A stretch of 64,000 nucleotides of DNA, from the sequence record NZ_CP109675.1, one strand, 5' to 3'. A program made the position numbers and the translations under genes. This stretch comes from a plasmid. The notes under the pieces are model-generated. The model did no database searches. It was not told where the DNA came from and worked only from the letters and a program-made list of their open reading frames with translations. Shown here in pieces: positions 31,427-40,719 of the stretch (positions are counted from its first letter, which is position 1; each line of letters opens with the position of its first letter).

Positions 31427-31669
31427 TCAGGCGTACGCGCGGGAAAGCTCAAGCGTACTCAGGACGTGATCCCATTCAGCCCCGTTAAGTGCTGGAATAT
31501 GGATCGGTTTATGAATACGCCCGCAACGGACAAGTGATGTCCCCAGTTGTTTCAGATGTGGCGCGATAGCGTCTGGTTTCAACGTTTCGCGGATTTTCCG
31601 TGGATGACGGGTTTTAACCCGCTCCTTTACAAAGTATTCGCGACATGCGACGATGAACTGGTCTTTCAT
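31427..31669 (-). CDS. small protein, paralog of 33571-33834 (shared C-terminal W-x-HVL-x-TLELSRA)
   Basis: 80 aa. Paralogy seen directly. Confidence 0.45.
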   Translation of the reverse strand: MKDQFIVACREYFVKERVKTRHPRKIRETLKPDAIAPHLKQLGTSLVRCGRIHKPIHIPALNGAEWDHVLSTLELSRAYA

Positions 31670-32102
31670 AGTGCCTCCTCAGAGTCATTGTGATAACGAG
31701 CTGTTACAGCAGCCCGTGTAAACAGGCAGGGCACCCGCCCTGCTTTTTTATTGCCAGTCTTCCGGCAATATCCTGCGCGTCTTACGACGCAAATCTTGCA
31801 GGCCATCCGGCCTTTTCTGCCGTCGTCCTTTTCCGTTTTCTTGCAATGAGGGAAATGCCTTCATTACGCTAATGCCCTGACAGGGTGACGATGGAAAGCA
31901 GGGGTGAAGGACAGATTATTTGGAGCCTGCGAGAAAAAATCTGGACGGAAAGCGTCAGCGTCCCTTGCTGAACAGAGGCGCTCTGTCAGAGTGCATAAGT
32001 AATGAAAGGCTTTCACGGCAGAAACGGACAGGAAGGCAGAAGGCGCCGGTTAATCCGGCGTTCCCTTGCGGCCGCCGTGGCGGTCAGTGGGAGCGGCGCT
32101 GC

Positions 32103-32139
32103 CGGAACGGCAGCTGCAAGCGGGATGGGTTCAGGTATC
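32103..32139. repeat. GC-rich repeat GCGGCG..GCCGGAACGGC.GCTGCAAGCG.ATGGG (second copy 40121-40157)
   Basis: About 50 bp near-identical in two upstream regions of minus-strand leading genes. Confidence 0.5.
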
Positions 32140-32324
32140 GCTTGCTATCCGTCAGGACGGAGACGCGTGCGGCTCCGCGTAGCGCGGTGGGCGTACGGCC
32201 ACCACGCGAAGTGCAGGCGACGACCCGGCAGCGACGGGGAGCCGAAGGTACCCAGATGTCAGTCCTGACAACATGCTTTTCGTCGTCATTTAGCATCACA
32301 TTAATCCACAAAAAAAAATCAATA

Positions 32325-32403
32325 AAAGTGCAGAATCTGCACTTTATTCATATATACTTTCCCACAAAAAAAACACTAAAATAAGTGCAGAATCTGCACT
32401 TAT
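32325..32403. promoter_or_regulatory. two perfect palindromic operators AAAGTGCAGAATCTGCACTTT (32325-32345) and ATAAGTGCAGAATCTGCACTTAT (32381-32403) bracketing a TATATACT -10-like box
   Basis: Palindromes read directly. Centres 57 bp apart, immediately 5' of HTH gene. Confidence 0.55.
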
Positions 32404-32417
32404 TTAGGTATCAGAAA

Positions 32418-32681
32418 ATGACGGGTTACGAACTTCGTTTATGGCGAAAAGGTATGAACTGGAGCAGTGACAGGGCGGCCGAAGAGCTTGGAGTCAGCCT
32501 GCGAACATGGAAAGTTTACGAGAAGTCGGAAAAGGTATCGCGGGTAGTAGAGCTGGCAACCGTAACACTTTCTATCGCTGCTGCTGTTCCTTCCTTCGGA
32601 CACCGGAAAAACACCAAAGAAAAGATAATTACCATGATCCAGACTCTAACCGGAGCAGCTGGACTCATCGGGAGGCGCTGA
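32418..32681 (+). CDS. XRE/Cro-like helix-turn-helix transcriptional regulator
   Basis: SSDRAAEELGVSLRTWKVYEKS HTH. ATG 32418 (track GTG start lies inside operator 2). Confidence 0.5.
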   Translation: MTGYELRLWRKGMNWSSDRAAEELGVSLRTWKVYEKSEKVSRVVELATVTLSIAAAVPSFGHRKNTKEKIITMIQTLTGAAGLIGRR

Positions 32682-32699
32682 GCACCTCCCCTGCCCGTA

Positions 32700-33530
32700 T
32701 CAGGCGGCTTTCGATAAATCGCACATAAAGTCCATCATGGCTTTAAGTCTGCGCTGAGTGTTCAGCTTCGCTTCAAAGTCGTTGAGATAGTAAACAGGCG
32801 TATACCGTACACGATTGAACTGCATCGTGAGCGTGTTCCCTGTCACCACCTCCGCCGCAATCCCCAAAAGAGACAACTGGATAAATGCCATATCGGCAGC
32901 AACCGGATCAATATCGATGCAACTGGCGAACAGGTGCGCGGACGGATTGATATCAGCCTCAAGTAGACATTCAGCATAGGCAATAATCATTCCTGCCGAA
33001 CCGCAGGCCGGATCGCTTATCGTCGCGATACCCTCCCGCGTGACCGTCTCTTTGATGCCGGAAACCAGCATTCTGGCCATCATTGACTGGACAGAATAGG
33101 GGGTAAAATATTGCCCCATACCTCCCGACCCCAGCTCAAGCTCCATAAAAATTGAGCCGATGAAGTCATGGAATTTAGCCTCCAGCGCGCAAACCATCAG
33201 ACGGAACAACTCATGAAAATTGCGGATATCGTCCGCATCGTATCGCGCGCAGATCTTCCGGCAGTTTTCCGCGCTCTCTGGCGTTCTCACCCGCGCAATA
33301 TCCAGTTCGCTCGCGGCAAGTCTGACAAAATCGCTGAATACATCCCAGCGGTGAAGGTGGCGGGCAGTCTGGTTAAACAGACTGATAAACTGCTTACGCG
33401 CAGTGTCGATGCTGATAAGACGCGGGGGGACTTGCTCTGACTGGACAGCCGGAGCCGTCTGCACGACAGGGCGGGCGGCTCCGCGCCTTTTTGTCTCATT
33501 GAAGAAATCGGCAAAGCTAATCTGGGTCAT
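32700..33530 (-). CDS. HsdM-like N6-adenine DNA methyltransferase, C-terminally truncated (motif X GQYFTP and motif I DPACGSAGM present; catalytic NPPF/Y absent)
   Basis: Motifs read in translation. AGGAG RBS. Ends about 95 aa after motif I, just after GNTL. Confidence 0.6.
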   Translation of the reverse strand: MTQISFADFFNETKRRGAARPVVQTAPAVQSEQVPPRLISIDTARKQFISLFNQTARHLHRWDVFSDFVRLAASELDIARVRTPESAENCRKICARYDADDIRNFHELFRLMVCALEAKFHDFIGSIFMELELGSGGMGQYFTPYSVQSMMARMLVSGIKETVTREGIATISDPACGSAGMIIAYAECLLEADINPSAHLFASCIDIDPVAADMAFIQLSLLGIAAEVVTGNTLTMQFNRVRYTPVYYLNDFEAKLNTQRRLKAMMDFMCDLSKAA

Positions 33531-33570
33531 GTTTTTTTCTCCTGTCGCCCCGTCAGGGGCGGCGTTGTTG

Positions 33571-33834
33571 TCAGTTACAGGCGCGGCTCAGTTCAAGCGT
33601 GCGCAGCACATGACCCCACTCGCTCCCGCGCATGGCGGGAATACGTACGGATCGCCCCTTTTTCCGGCAGTGCGCAATATGACGCCCCAGTGCCCGCATT
33701 TCCGGACTGAGGGCATTGCAGGCGATTTCACCGCGTTTGATACGCACCTGCTTTTTCACGGGCGCGTTTTGAGCCTCCTGCATCTGGACATAGAGGGCGG
33801 TTGGTGTAACAATCGAAACTTCACTGAATTGCAT
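33571..33834 (-). CDS. small protein, paralog of 31427-31669
   Basis: 87 aa. ...SEWGHVLRTLELSRA versus ...AEWDHVLSTLELSRA. Confidence 0.45.
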   Translation of the reverse strand: MQFSEVSIVTPTALYVQMQEAQNAPVKKQVRIKRGEIACNALSPEMRALGRHIAHCRKKGRSVRIPAMRGSEWGHVLRTLELSRACN

Positions 33835-33921
33835 GGGTTTGTTCCTTTTAGTGAAAGCCGGATTTTTTCGTTGGAATCGCTCAAATCCGGCGTGGATGGA
33901 GCAGGTGTAAGCCTGCTTTTT

Positions 33922-34281
33922 TCATTTCTGGCTCTGGCTCTCAGGGCTGAATGCTGCTTTCACCTTCGCCACGATATCGGCGTGATTCAGGTTGCTGTAA
34001 TCACGTACGCGGAAATAACGCTTTCCAATACGGACAAAAATGTCCGTCACGTTCATACAGATCATCTCTGCCAGCATGAAGGTTTCAGTGTCCTGCGCGG
34101 TGTCACAACGCCAGTTGATCATCGGTGGGTGCATTCCTGCCGCATCGTGGAATTTGTTCACATCGATTTCCACGGGGGCGATCAGTGCGGACTTTTCACG
34201 GCTCAGCCAGTAGGCCATTTCCGATTCGGCGCTGGCGCTGGAATCAAGAGAAGCGAAAGAATCAGTCGTGTGTAAATGCAT
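33922..34281 (-). CDS. hypothetical 119 aa
   Basis: ORF only. Confidence 0.35.
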   Translation of the reverse strand: MHLHTTDSFASLDSSASAESEMAYWLSREKSALIAPVEIDVNKFHDAAGMHPPMINWRCDTAQDTETFMLAEMICMNVTDIFVRIGKRYFRVRDYSNLNHADIVAKVKAAFSPESQSQK

Positions 34282-34326
34282 GGTTTATCTCCTTTTATCA
34301 GTACATGCCGGATATCCGGCGTGGGG

Positions 34327-34599
34327 TTACAGCTGTACGTATTGCAGGTTGCGTTTCAGTTCAAAAAGAAAATCAGGTTGAAACGACCAGGCGCGCCAGT
34401 TAAGCGTTCCGTTGGTGCGGATCTCCACCTGCACATCGCCGTATCGGGACACATCGGACACGGTGACAGTGACGCCCTCTTTCAGCGCAGTGGCCTGAGC
34501 CACCCACTCCTTCGCGACAGAAACAGGGTTTTGTTCTTCCTCCATCTTCCTGGAAGATTCTTGAGCGGCGGTTTTGACGTTGACGTTTCGTGTGTGCAT
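34327..34599 (-). CDS. DUF905 (YkfF/YpjJ-like) protein
   Basis: WRAWSFQPD motif. GGAGAA RBS. Start re-called to ATG 34599. Confidence 0.5.
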   Translation of the reverse strand: MHTRNVNVKTAAQESSRKMEEEQNPVSVAKEWVAQATALKEGVTVTVSDVSRYGDVQVEIRTNGTLNWRAWSFQPDFLFELKRNLQYVQL

Positions 34600-34695
34600 C
34601 CTGGTTTTCTCCTGTGGTGATGGTTGCCCATCTCCCTGGTGAGTTCTCTCGCGGCAAAGGGCAAAGGAGCGACGGCGGGGCGGCAGGAAAAGGGC

Positions 34696-34740
34696 GCAGA
34701 CAAAAGTTTTTGCAGTCCCTTGCAAAAAGTTTTGGCGGCG
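34696..34740. repeat. CAAAAAGTTTTTGC...GCAAAAAGTTTTGG tandem motif (second copy 39871-39910), each 5' of a DUF905 gene
   Basis: Direct sequence identity. Confidence 0.5.
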
Positions 34741-35478
34741 TTCATTTAACCCTTTGGATGACGTCCTGACGGTGCTACGACCAGCCCTCCGCGTGAGGAC
34801 ACACGGGGGATGGACTCACGCGGGTGAACAGGAGTGCACACACCCGACACGTCGGAACGGCGTGTCGCCATTAGAGCGACGGCTTCGCCGGCGCGGTGAA
34901 GGCGTTCCGGACGGTACGGCCGGAGAAGCCGCAGTTGTTGACCTTTGCCATCAGACCCTAGCGATAGCCCGAAACCGCTTGCGGGTTCGGCGGAGACTGG
35001 CTGGTGCGTAAGCAGCTGCCTGGCGGAGTGGGGCTCGACGACTGGACCGCCACGCGGGCCAGGAGCCGAAGGTGGCCATTGCCCTGCCCGTCTTTCTGGC
35101 TCTGCCCATCACGGAACTGCAGCGAAGAGAACTAACCAGCAGGATATCGATCAAAACAGACAGGATGAGGCACTCGGAAAAGTCCTTTCTGAAGCACAGC
35201 TTCAGCAGACTAATCGCAACAGCGTGAATTAACAGCAGCCAGGAATTGATTGATTGAGCGAGGACAAACCAGAGGGAGCAGAGGGGCAGCGCCGGAGGCG
35301 CGCCCCGCTTCCCCCGAACCCCGCAGGGGTACGGTCCGTCCCGGAAGTTCAGGCGTGCGGTCGCGTCGGGATGGAAAAAGGGGCTACCGGCGAACCGGCA
35401 ACCCCTTCATAAAGGCGCTTCAGGCATGTCAAACCAACTCAGCCCTGAAAAGGCGGGGTTTCCCCCGCCTCCAGGTTG

Positions 35479-35640
35479 CTACTTACCGTTGGATTCGTAA
35501 GCCAGAATTGCAGCGACCTCCCGTTGTCCGTCCCTCAGGCGAATTTCGCAAAGCGATTTTCGCGTCAGGTAAGTGAATATCAGCAGTGTGAGACACACTA
35601 TGAGTACGCACCAGATAACGGTACTTCGCGGCAGTTTCAT
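35479..35640 (-). CDS. hok: Hok/FlmA-family type I toxin (53 aa)
   Basis: [53 protein letters not shown], near-identical to Hok. GGAGGAG RBS. Confidence 0.85.
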   Translation of the reverse strand: MKLPRSTVIWCVLIVCLTLLIFTYLTRKSLCEIRLRDGQREVAAILAYESNGK

Positions 35641-35698
35641 GGTTTACTCCTCCTTGCATTAAGCACGGTAAGAGGCCATACTGTTGTTGATCAGACAT
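35483..35698 (-). CDS. mok: Mok-like overlapping reading frame (translational coupler for hok)
   Basis: Overlaps hok in another frame and starts 58 nt upstream, as in hok/mok/sok. Confidence 0.45.
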   Translation of the reverse strand: MSDQQQYGLLPCLMQGGVNHETAAKYRYLVRTHSVSHTADIHLPDAKIALRNSPEGRTTGGRCNSGLRIQR

Positions 35699-35760
35699 AC
35701 AGGGGGCCTCGTGGGTTAATGAAAATTAACTACGGGGCTTTCTGCTTTCTGCCACACAAC
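35690..35760 (+). ncRNA. sok: predicted Sok-like antisense RNA (approximate)
   Basis: Inferred from hok/mok architecture. Possible TTGCAT-N17-CATACT promoter at 35653-35681. Boundaries not determined. Confidence 0.25.
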
Positions 35761-35888
35761 ACGGCAACAAACCACCTTCACGTCATGAGGCAAAAAGCCT
35801 CAAGCGCCATCGCCATTATATCCCGACGAGCCGATTCTGCCCAGGAATAACAGTCTGATTACTGGATAAATCCTGACCTTTACCTGAT

Positions 35889-36119
35889 TTACTCAGGATC
35901 ACTTCTGCCTGTGGACCAGTTATGTATCTGTTCGTCGAGCGCTTCAAGATGCTGATCAATGCTTTCTGCGAGTCGCTCACTTTCAGTCTCCAGCCAGCCG
36001 CTTAATCCGTCCCACTCATAGCACATCTCTTTCAGCTTTTCCGACATAGTCCGAAGTTTATTGCGCTGGCTGCGGGCAACCTTCAGCTCCGTTTTCCACG
36101 GATTGTTTCTCACGGCCAT
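35889..36119 (-). CDS. small hypothetical protein between psiA and hok (flmC-like position)
   Basis: 76 aa ORF overlapping psiA stop. Confidence 0.3.
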   Translation of the reverse strand: MAVRNNPWKTELKVARSQRNKLRTMSEKLKEMCYEWDGLSGWLETESERLAESIDQHLEALDEQIHNWSTGRSDPE

Positions 36120-36841
36120 ATAGACCTCAGCGTGATTTTGTTCGGTACCATCCAGCGCTCCAGCTCTTTCTCCGCCGGTGTTGAGGATCCCGCCACATCA
36201 TGTACATCGAGAACAATGTCTTGCGCACGGTCGTAGTAAGCCTTCACCAGATGAGACAACGAGGGGCTGCGTTCCGTCCACGCCCACAACATTCGCTGGA
36301 TGTCATAGTCCCGTATATCCTGCTGGGACCAGAACTCATACCATGCACGCAGTGTCTCCGGTGTCTGAAATGCCAGGTCGATTTCAGCCTGCCCCACGCG
36401 GTTCTGGTACTTCTCTTCCTTTTCACGGTGTCGCCGTGATTCCTGACGGGAATAAAGATTATCCTCGCGCACTTCCCGCTGCGTGTGGCGCTCTCTGATG
36501 CTGAACGCCTGCTCCGGAAACAGGTTCTGCACCATGTTGGTACCGAGCGGAGGGTAACACAGGCGACCGCGGCTACTGATCAGTATGTCAAACGCCTCTT
36601 CATATCGGGCCAGAGAAATTTTATCGCCCTTCAGCCAGTACGCCCCGCGCACCTGGTTGATCGCCTTTCCACTAATTTTACTGCTACCAGTCAGGAACCG
36701 GAAAAATGCTCTGGAATAGGGATACGGCTGCGGGTGTCGGCTTCCGTACCGCCCGCCCCCCTCTTCTACGGCAATAATGGCTCGTAACGCTGCCTCACGC
36801 TCCGGCAGTTGCGTGACAAGAGAAAGGTGACGAGGGATCAT
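36110..36841 (-). CDS. psiA: PsiA (plasmid SOS inhibition protein A)
   Basis: YPYSRAFFRFLTGS resembles PsiA YPYAGAFFRCLNGS. 243 aa. ATGA-coupled downstream of psiB. Confidence 0.75.
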   Translation of the reverse strand: MIPRHLSLVTQLPEREAALRAIIAVEEGGGRYGSRHPQPYPYSRAFFRFLTGSSKISGKAINQVRGAYWLKGDKISLARYEEAFDILISSRGRLCYPPLGTNMVQNLFPEQAFSIRERHTQREVREDNLYSRQESRRHREKEEKYQNRVGQAEIDLAFQTPETLRAWYEFWSQQDIRDYDIQRMLWAWTERSPSLSHLVKAYYDRAQDIVLDVHDVAGSSTPAEKELERWMVPNKITLRSIWP

Positions 36842-37263
36842 CAGGCCACCTCCATGCGCAGCGTTGAGAGAATATCGAATATTGAGTATCCATCACTGTC
36901 CAGCCTGCTGGTCAGGCTCAGCACATGGTTTATCACAGCAGCGTCAGATTGTGGGCATGAGCGGATACAGGATACTTCCTGCCCTTTTCTCCAGACCAAC
37001 AGCATGATCCAGTCCTGACTAAACTCACCAGGACTACACAGAACCACTTCAAATCGGCCATGAGTGGGCGAAAAACGGATCTGCACGGGAAATAAGCCCC
37101 CGAACTCGCTACGATACTCCCCGTTAACATCCCAGTTTTCAGGCGCACTCAGTGCCCCCATAACAGCGTGTGTCATCTCACGGCGGTAGGAGTAACCAGC
37201 GGCGCGGCAGGTTTCGAAATCTTCACCGATCATGGAGGAAAGCTTAAAGTTTGGCATATTCAT
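36841..37263 (-). CDS. psiB: PsiB (RecA-filament inhibitor)
   Basis: EMTHAVMGALSAPENWDVNGEYRSEFGGLFPVQIRFSPTHGRFEVVLCSPGEFSQDW matches PsiB core. AAGGAG RBS. Confidence 0.85.
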   Translation of the reverse strand: MNMPNFKLSSMIGEDFETCRAAGYSYRREMTHAVMGALSAPENWDVNGEYRSEFGGLFPVQIRFSPTHGRFEVVLCSPGEFSQDWIMLLVWRKGQEVSCIRSCPQSDAAVINHVLSLTSRLDSDGYSIFDILSTLRMEVA

Positions 37264-37305
37264 CAGATATCTCCTTATTGCCGCCCCGTAGGGCGGCTAT
37301 CCTTA

Positions 37306-39291
37306 TCAGGCGGCAATTGCCGCGTTGTCAGTGTCGGTATCGGTGCTGTCTTTTGCATCAGGCTGCGGTGACTGTAACCATGCAGGAACCCAACGGTTCT
37401 GCTTCATAAAGAACTCCGCATGCACTGCCGCGTCGCCTTTCTTCATTTTTTCTGCGTCAGCAGCGGCACCAGTCAGACCTGCATCTTTAAGTGAAGTGAC
37501 TATCTGTGAATGTTTCAGGCTACCGAAGTAGTTCTCTTTTGTAGGCTGCCACCAGTCGCGAAGGTGAAAACCTATCGCGGCCTCAACCGTATCGAGAGGG
37601 CTACGTGATGTGTGTCCATTATCACGCGTCTGTACACCATCTACGGAACAAGCCGCACAGAAGGCCAGCAATGACATCAGTACCTCTCCGTTCAGGGCGA
37701 AGAAGGTCGTGAAGTCCTTCTCCCATCCTGCTGGCAGCAGGGTTTTCAGGCGCTCTTTTTCGGTCATCAGGGCTTCAAACGCTGCGCCTTCTTTACCGGA
37801 TGGGGCGTTCTCAGTGAGGCTGCTGTGAGAAACGGTCAGGTTGATACGGAACGGATGCGGCGTGGTCACACATCCAGCAAAAACGCAGGTACACATACGC
37901 CAGACCATAAGCGCCACAGCCTTTTCAGGTTGCTGCATTAGCGCGGCCTGTACCGCCAGAGTGCGCTCGGATGACATTTTGGTGAGCAGCGGGATGCTGA
38001 TCCCTTCTGCTGCATCAGGTCGATGCATATGAGTCACGGCAGGAGACTGCGCGGAATCCTCTCCGTTACTGTCATGGTCAGGTAAATCAGACATGCGGCA
38101 TATACCACGCTGAATACGAAGCGCACCGTGCATGTAGCTCACCACCACGCCTGATTTTGCTTTCAGATCTTCTGTCCACCCACGAAGCTCAGCGGCATGT
38201 TCAATGAGGGATATTTCGCTGCTAATGGCCTCGGCTTCATCACTGTCAGGATCCAGAGCGTTAAATTTGTCGGACAGTTCATCGATACGGCGGCTGTCAT
38301 CTTCGCTGTAGATTGCATCTGGCTCCGGTAGAATGCGGTAGTCCTTTCCGTCAGGTCCGTAAAGGTTAATTGCAGCCAGACGTCCGGTACCCCACATCCA
38401 GCCCTCTTTTTGATGGATTTCCTGAGCGATCAATTCAAGTTTTTCCAGTACCAGACGTTCAACAAGCAGACTGTCTACTGTTCCGTCCCCTTCCTGCTCA
38501 CTGAACAGATCTTCACGGACAATTCCGCCTGCGGCTTCATAAACTTCCCGCCCGATAAATGCGAAACGTGGATGCGAGACAGAAATTTCACTTTCCGTAA
38601 TACGATTTTTAAGTGCGTTTACGGTAGTGCGTCCCCATTCCTCCTTTACGCTTTCGTAAACAGCAACCTGACGCTCAGGATCGCTTTCAAGACACAACAC
38701 CTGACACTGTTCAACATCAAGCTGACCTTCTGCCAGAAGTGCAAGCAGTGACGGGGCAAGACTGGCAAGTTTGAGCATGCGCTGGACGTGGCGGGAACCG
38801 TACCCAAGCACCTCACCAATCTGCGCGGGAGTTTTTCCCTGCGCCGCCAGTGTACCAAACGCTGTGATCTGCTCGGCAGGGTGCATGGTTTCAAGCTCGT
38901 TGTTCTCGGCGTAAGAAGCCTCAACAGCAAGCTCGTCGCTGACACGTTTAACCGGAACCTGATAATCTGGTTTGATACGCCCCATTTCAGACATGAGCGT
39001 CAGCGCAGTCAGACGCCGACCACCTGCTGCCACACCGTATTTTCCCTCGGGCAGGGCATGGACAACCAGATTGTGAAGCAGTCCGAGGCTTTCAATGGAG
39101 TTAGCCAGTCGCTTAACGCTCTCGGTGGTGTAGGGCATCGTGCGTACGTTCAGCGGTGATTTAATGAGATCGGTCAGCGGAACATACTCAATGACTGCCG
39201 CATCGAGGGCTGTTTTCAGCGCCTCGTTTCCGGCAGTTTTATTCTTACTGGTTTTTTTTGGTGCTTTTGATTTAACATCTGCAACTGTCAT
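37306..39291 (-). CDS. ParB/Sulfiredoxin nuclease-domain protein of leading region (661 aa)
   Basis: N-terminal ParB box GGRRLTA, and HTH. GAGAGG RBS. Confidence 0.8.
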   Translation of the reverse strand: MTVADVKSKAPKKTSKNKTAGNEALKTALDAAVIEYVPLTDLIKSPLNVRTMPYTTESVKRLANSIESLGLLHNLVVHALPEGKYGVAAGGRRLTALTLMSEMGRIKPDYQVPVKRVSDELAVEASYAENNELETMHPAEQITAFGTLAAQGKTPAQIGEVLGYGSRHVQRMLKLASLAPSLLALLAEGQLDVEQCQVLCLESDPERQVAVYESVKEEWGRTTVNALKNRITESEISVSHPRFAFIGREVYEAAGGIVREDLFSEQEGDGTVDSLLVERLVLEKLELIAQEIHQKEGWMWGTGRLAAINLYGPDGKDYRILPEPDAIYSEDDSRRIDELSDKFNALDPDSDEAEAISSEISLIEHAAELRGWTEDLKAKSGVVVSYMHGALRIQRGICRMSDLPDHDSNGEDSAQSPAVTHMHRPDAAEGISIPLLTKMSSERTLAVQAALMQQPEKAVALMVWRMCTCVFAGCVTTPHPFRINLTVSHSSLTENAPSGKEGAAFEALMTEKERLKTLLPAGWEKDFTTFFALNGEVLMSLLAFCAACSVDGVQTRDNGHTSRSPLDTVEAAIGFHLRDWWQPTKENYFGSLKHSQIVTSLKDAGLTGAAADAEKMKKGDAAVHAEFFMKQNRWVPAWLQSPQPDAKDSTDTDTDNAAIAA

Positions 39292-39359
39292 GATTTAGTA
39301 CCTCTCAGTATTAATGATTGTCTTGCCCTGCGGAGTGACAGCTCCGACAGGGCCCCTTC

Positions 39360-39689
39360 TTACTGCTGTTTTCTGGCTCTGTAACTGGCAAGAGCGCGGT
39401 TAAGCAATGCCCCCACGTCGTTCTCAAAGTTCCACGCGCACTTCGTCAAAAACCCTTCTTCACCCCGCACAACAAGCTGAAAATAAGTACCCTGATCGTT
39501 CTCAATACTGACGTTGGTGTACTGCGCCACCAGAGCGGTCGCCTCTTCACGGGTAAACGGCCCCTGAGGCAGCACCACGGGTGCAGTGACAGTACTGCCA
39601 TTCAATAGAGCCGCCAGTTCGTTTTCTTCGGCGGTGGGTTCGCGCAGCAGCACTGGCTGATTCAGAAATTCCTGTAATGTTTTTCCCAC
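39360..39689 (-). CDS. DUF905 (YkfF/YpjJ-like) protein
   Basis: LPQGPFTREEATALVAQYTNVSIENDQGTYFQLVVRGEEGFLTKCAWNFENDVG matches YkfF pattern. Confidence 0.55.
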   Translation of the reverse strand: MGKTLQEFLNQPVLLREPTAEENELAALLNGSTVTAPVVLPQGPFTREEATALVAQYTNVSIENDQGTYFQLVVRGEEGFLTKCAWNFENDVGALLNRALASYRARKQQ

Positions 39690-40302
39690 TGAATACTTCC
39701 TTTAAAAAAGTGGCTGGTTTTAAAACCCATCACCCGTTGAGTTACGGGAGCCGCGGTTTTGACGTTTCGCGGGAACCTGCTGAACTTTCCCGGGGGATAA
39801 AACATCACCCGTTTGAGAACCTTCGCCGCAGGTGCGTAAACGACACCGGCCGAGGCAGATGTCCGGGGCGGACGCAAAAAGTTTTTGCCTGCAAAAAGTT
39901 TTGGTGGCCGTGCGTCAGCATTCACCCTGGACAGCCACGAGGACTGTGGCGGTCTCAGCACCCGGAGGAGGGACTCAAAGGGGTGTAAAAGGACCGGATG
40001 GAATGGGCAGGGACACGCCGCAATGACGGGAAGCCGCGCGCGGCGAAACGACATTGCCCCCTACATCACGACGGGGTATTTACGGCGTGATGCAGGGAGC
40101 GCAGGAAACGGCGCGACTGAGCGGCGCAGCCGGAACGGCTGCTGCAAGCGATGGGGGTTGCGTCATGGGATGGACACCCGCTGCCCCGCAGGGGCCGGGC
40201 AGAGACAGCTTTGCTGGCTCTGTGCGAAGCATGACAGCCCGCCCGGACGCCCACTGCAACAAAGGCAATGAGTTTGATTTACAGCATATCTTACTGAAAA
40301 AA

Positions 40303-40557
40303 TTACTTTTTATTTGCCTCGGCCATTTCGGAATATTGTGGATCGCTGGCTTTCGGCAACTGCTGGCTAAGCTGGCGGTAATGGCGCAACCTTTCCAGAA
40401 AATATTCGCGAAGCTCTTCGGGCACCTCTCGTGCCACAATTTCCGGCACCACTGGCTGATTTAGCCGCTCTTTAAATGCCACACCTGACGCGGCCAGGTC
40501 TACGGCGATCCTGTCCTGATCCTCTTTTGAACGTACCGAAAGATTAAATTCGCTCAT
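40303..40557 (-). CDS. hypothetical 84 aa (start re-called, GAGAGGAAA RBS)
   Basis: ORF only. Confidence 0.35.
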   Translation of the reverse strand: MSEFNLSVRSKEDQDRIAVDLAASGVAFKERLNQPVVPEIVAREVPEELREYFLERLRHYRQLSQQLPKASDPQYSEMAEANKK

Positions 40558-40719
40558 GTTTTTCCTCTCTTTCACGCGCCTGCAACGAGATCGTTGCTGA
40601 CTTTTTCTGCCGGGGCGGTTTGTAACTGCGCCGCAGGCGCGGTAACAACCGCCGGCAGGCAAAGCCTGCCAGGGTTTTTCGCGCGGGCTAACAGGCGGAT
40701 GATACCGCCTGCCAGGTTA

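Noticed and set aside
35230-35480. GC-rich 250-bp segment upstream of hok considered as another copy of the repeat families
   Set aside because: It shares no extended identity with the 226-bp element or the CAAAAAGTTTTT or GCCGGAACGGC motifs. It is probably just the hok/mok leader with its fold-back structure.
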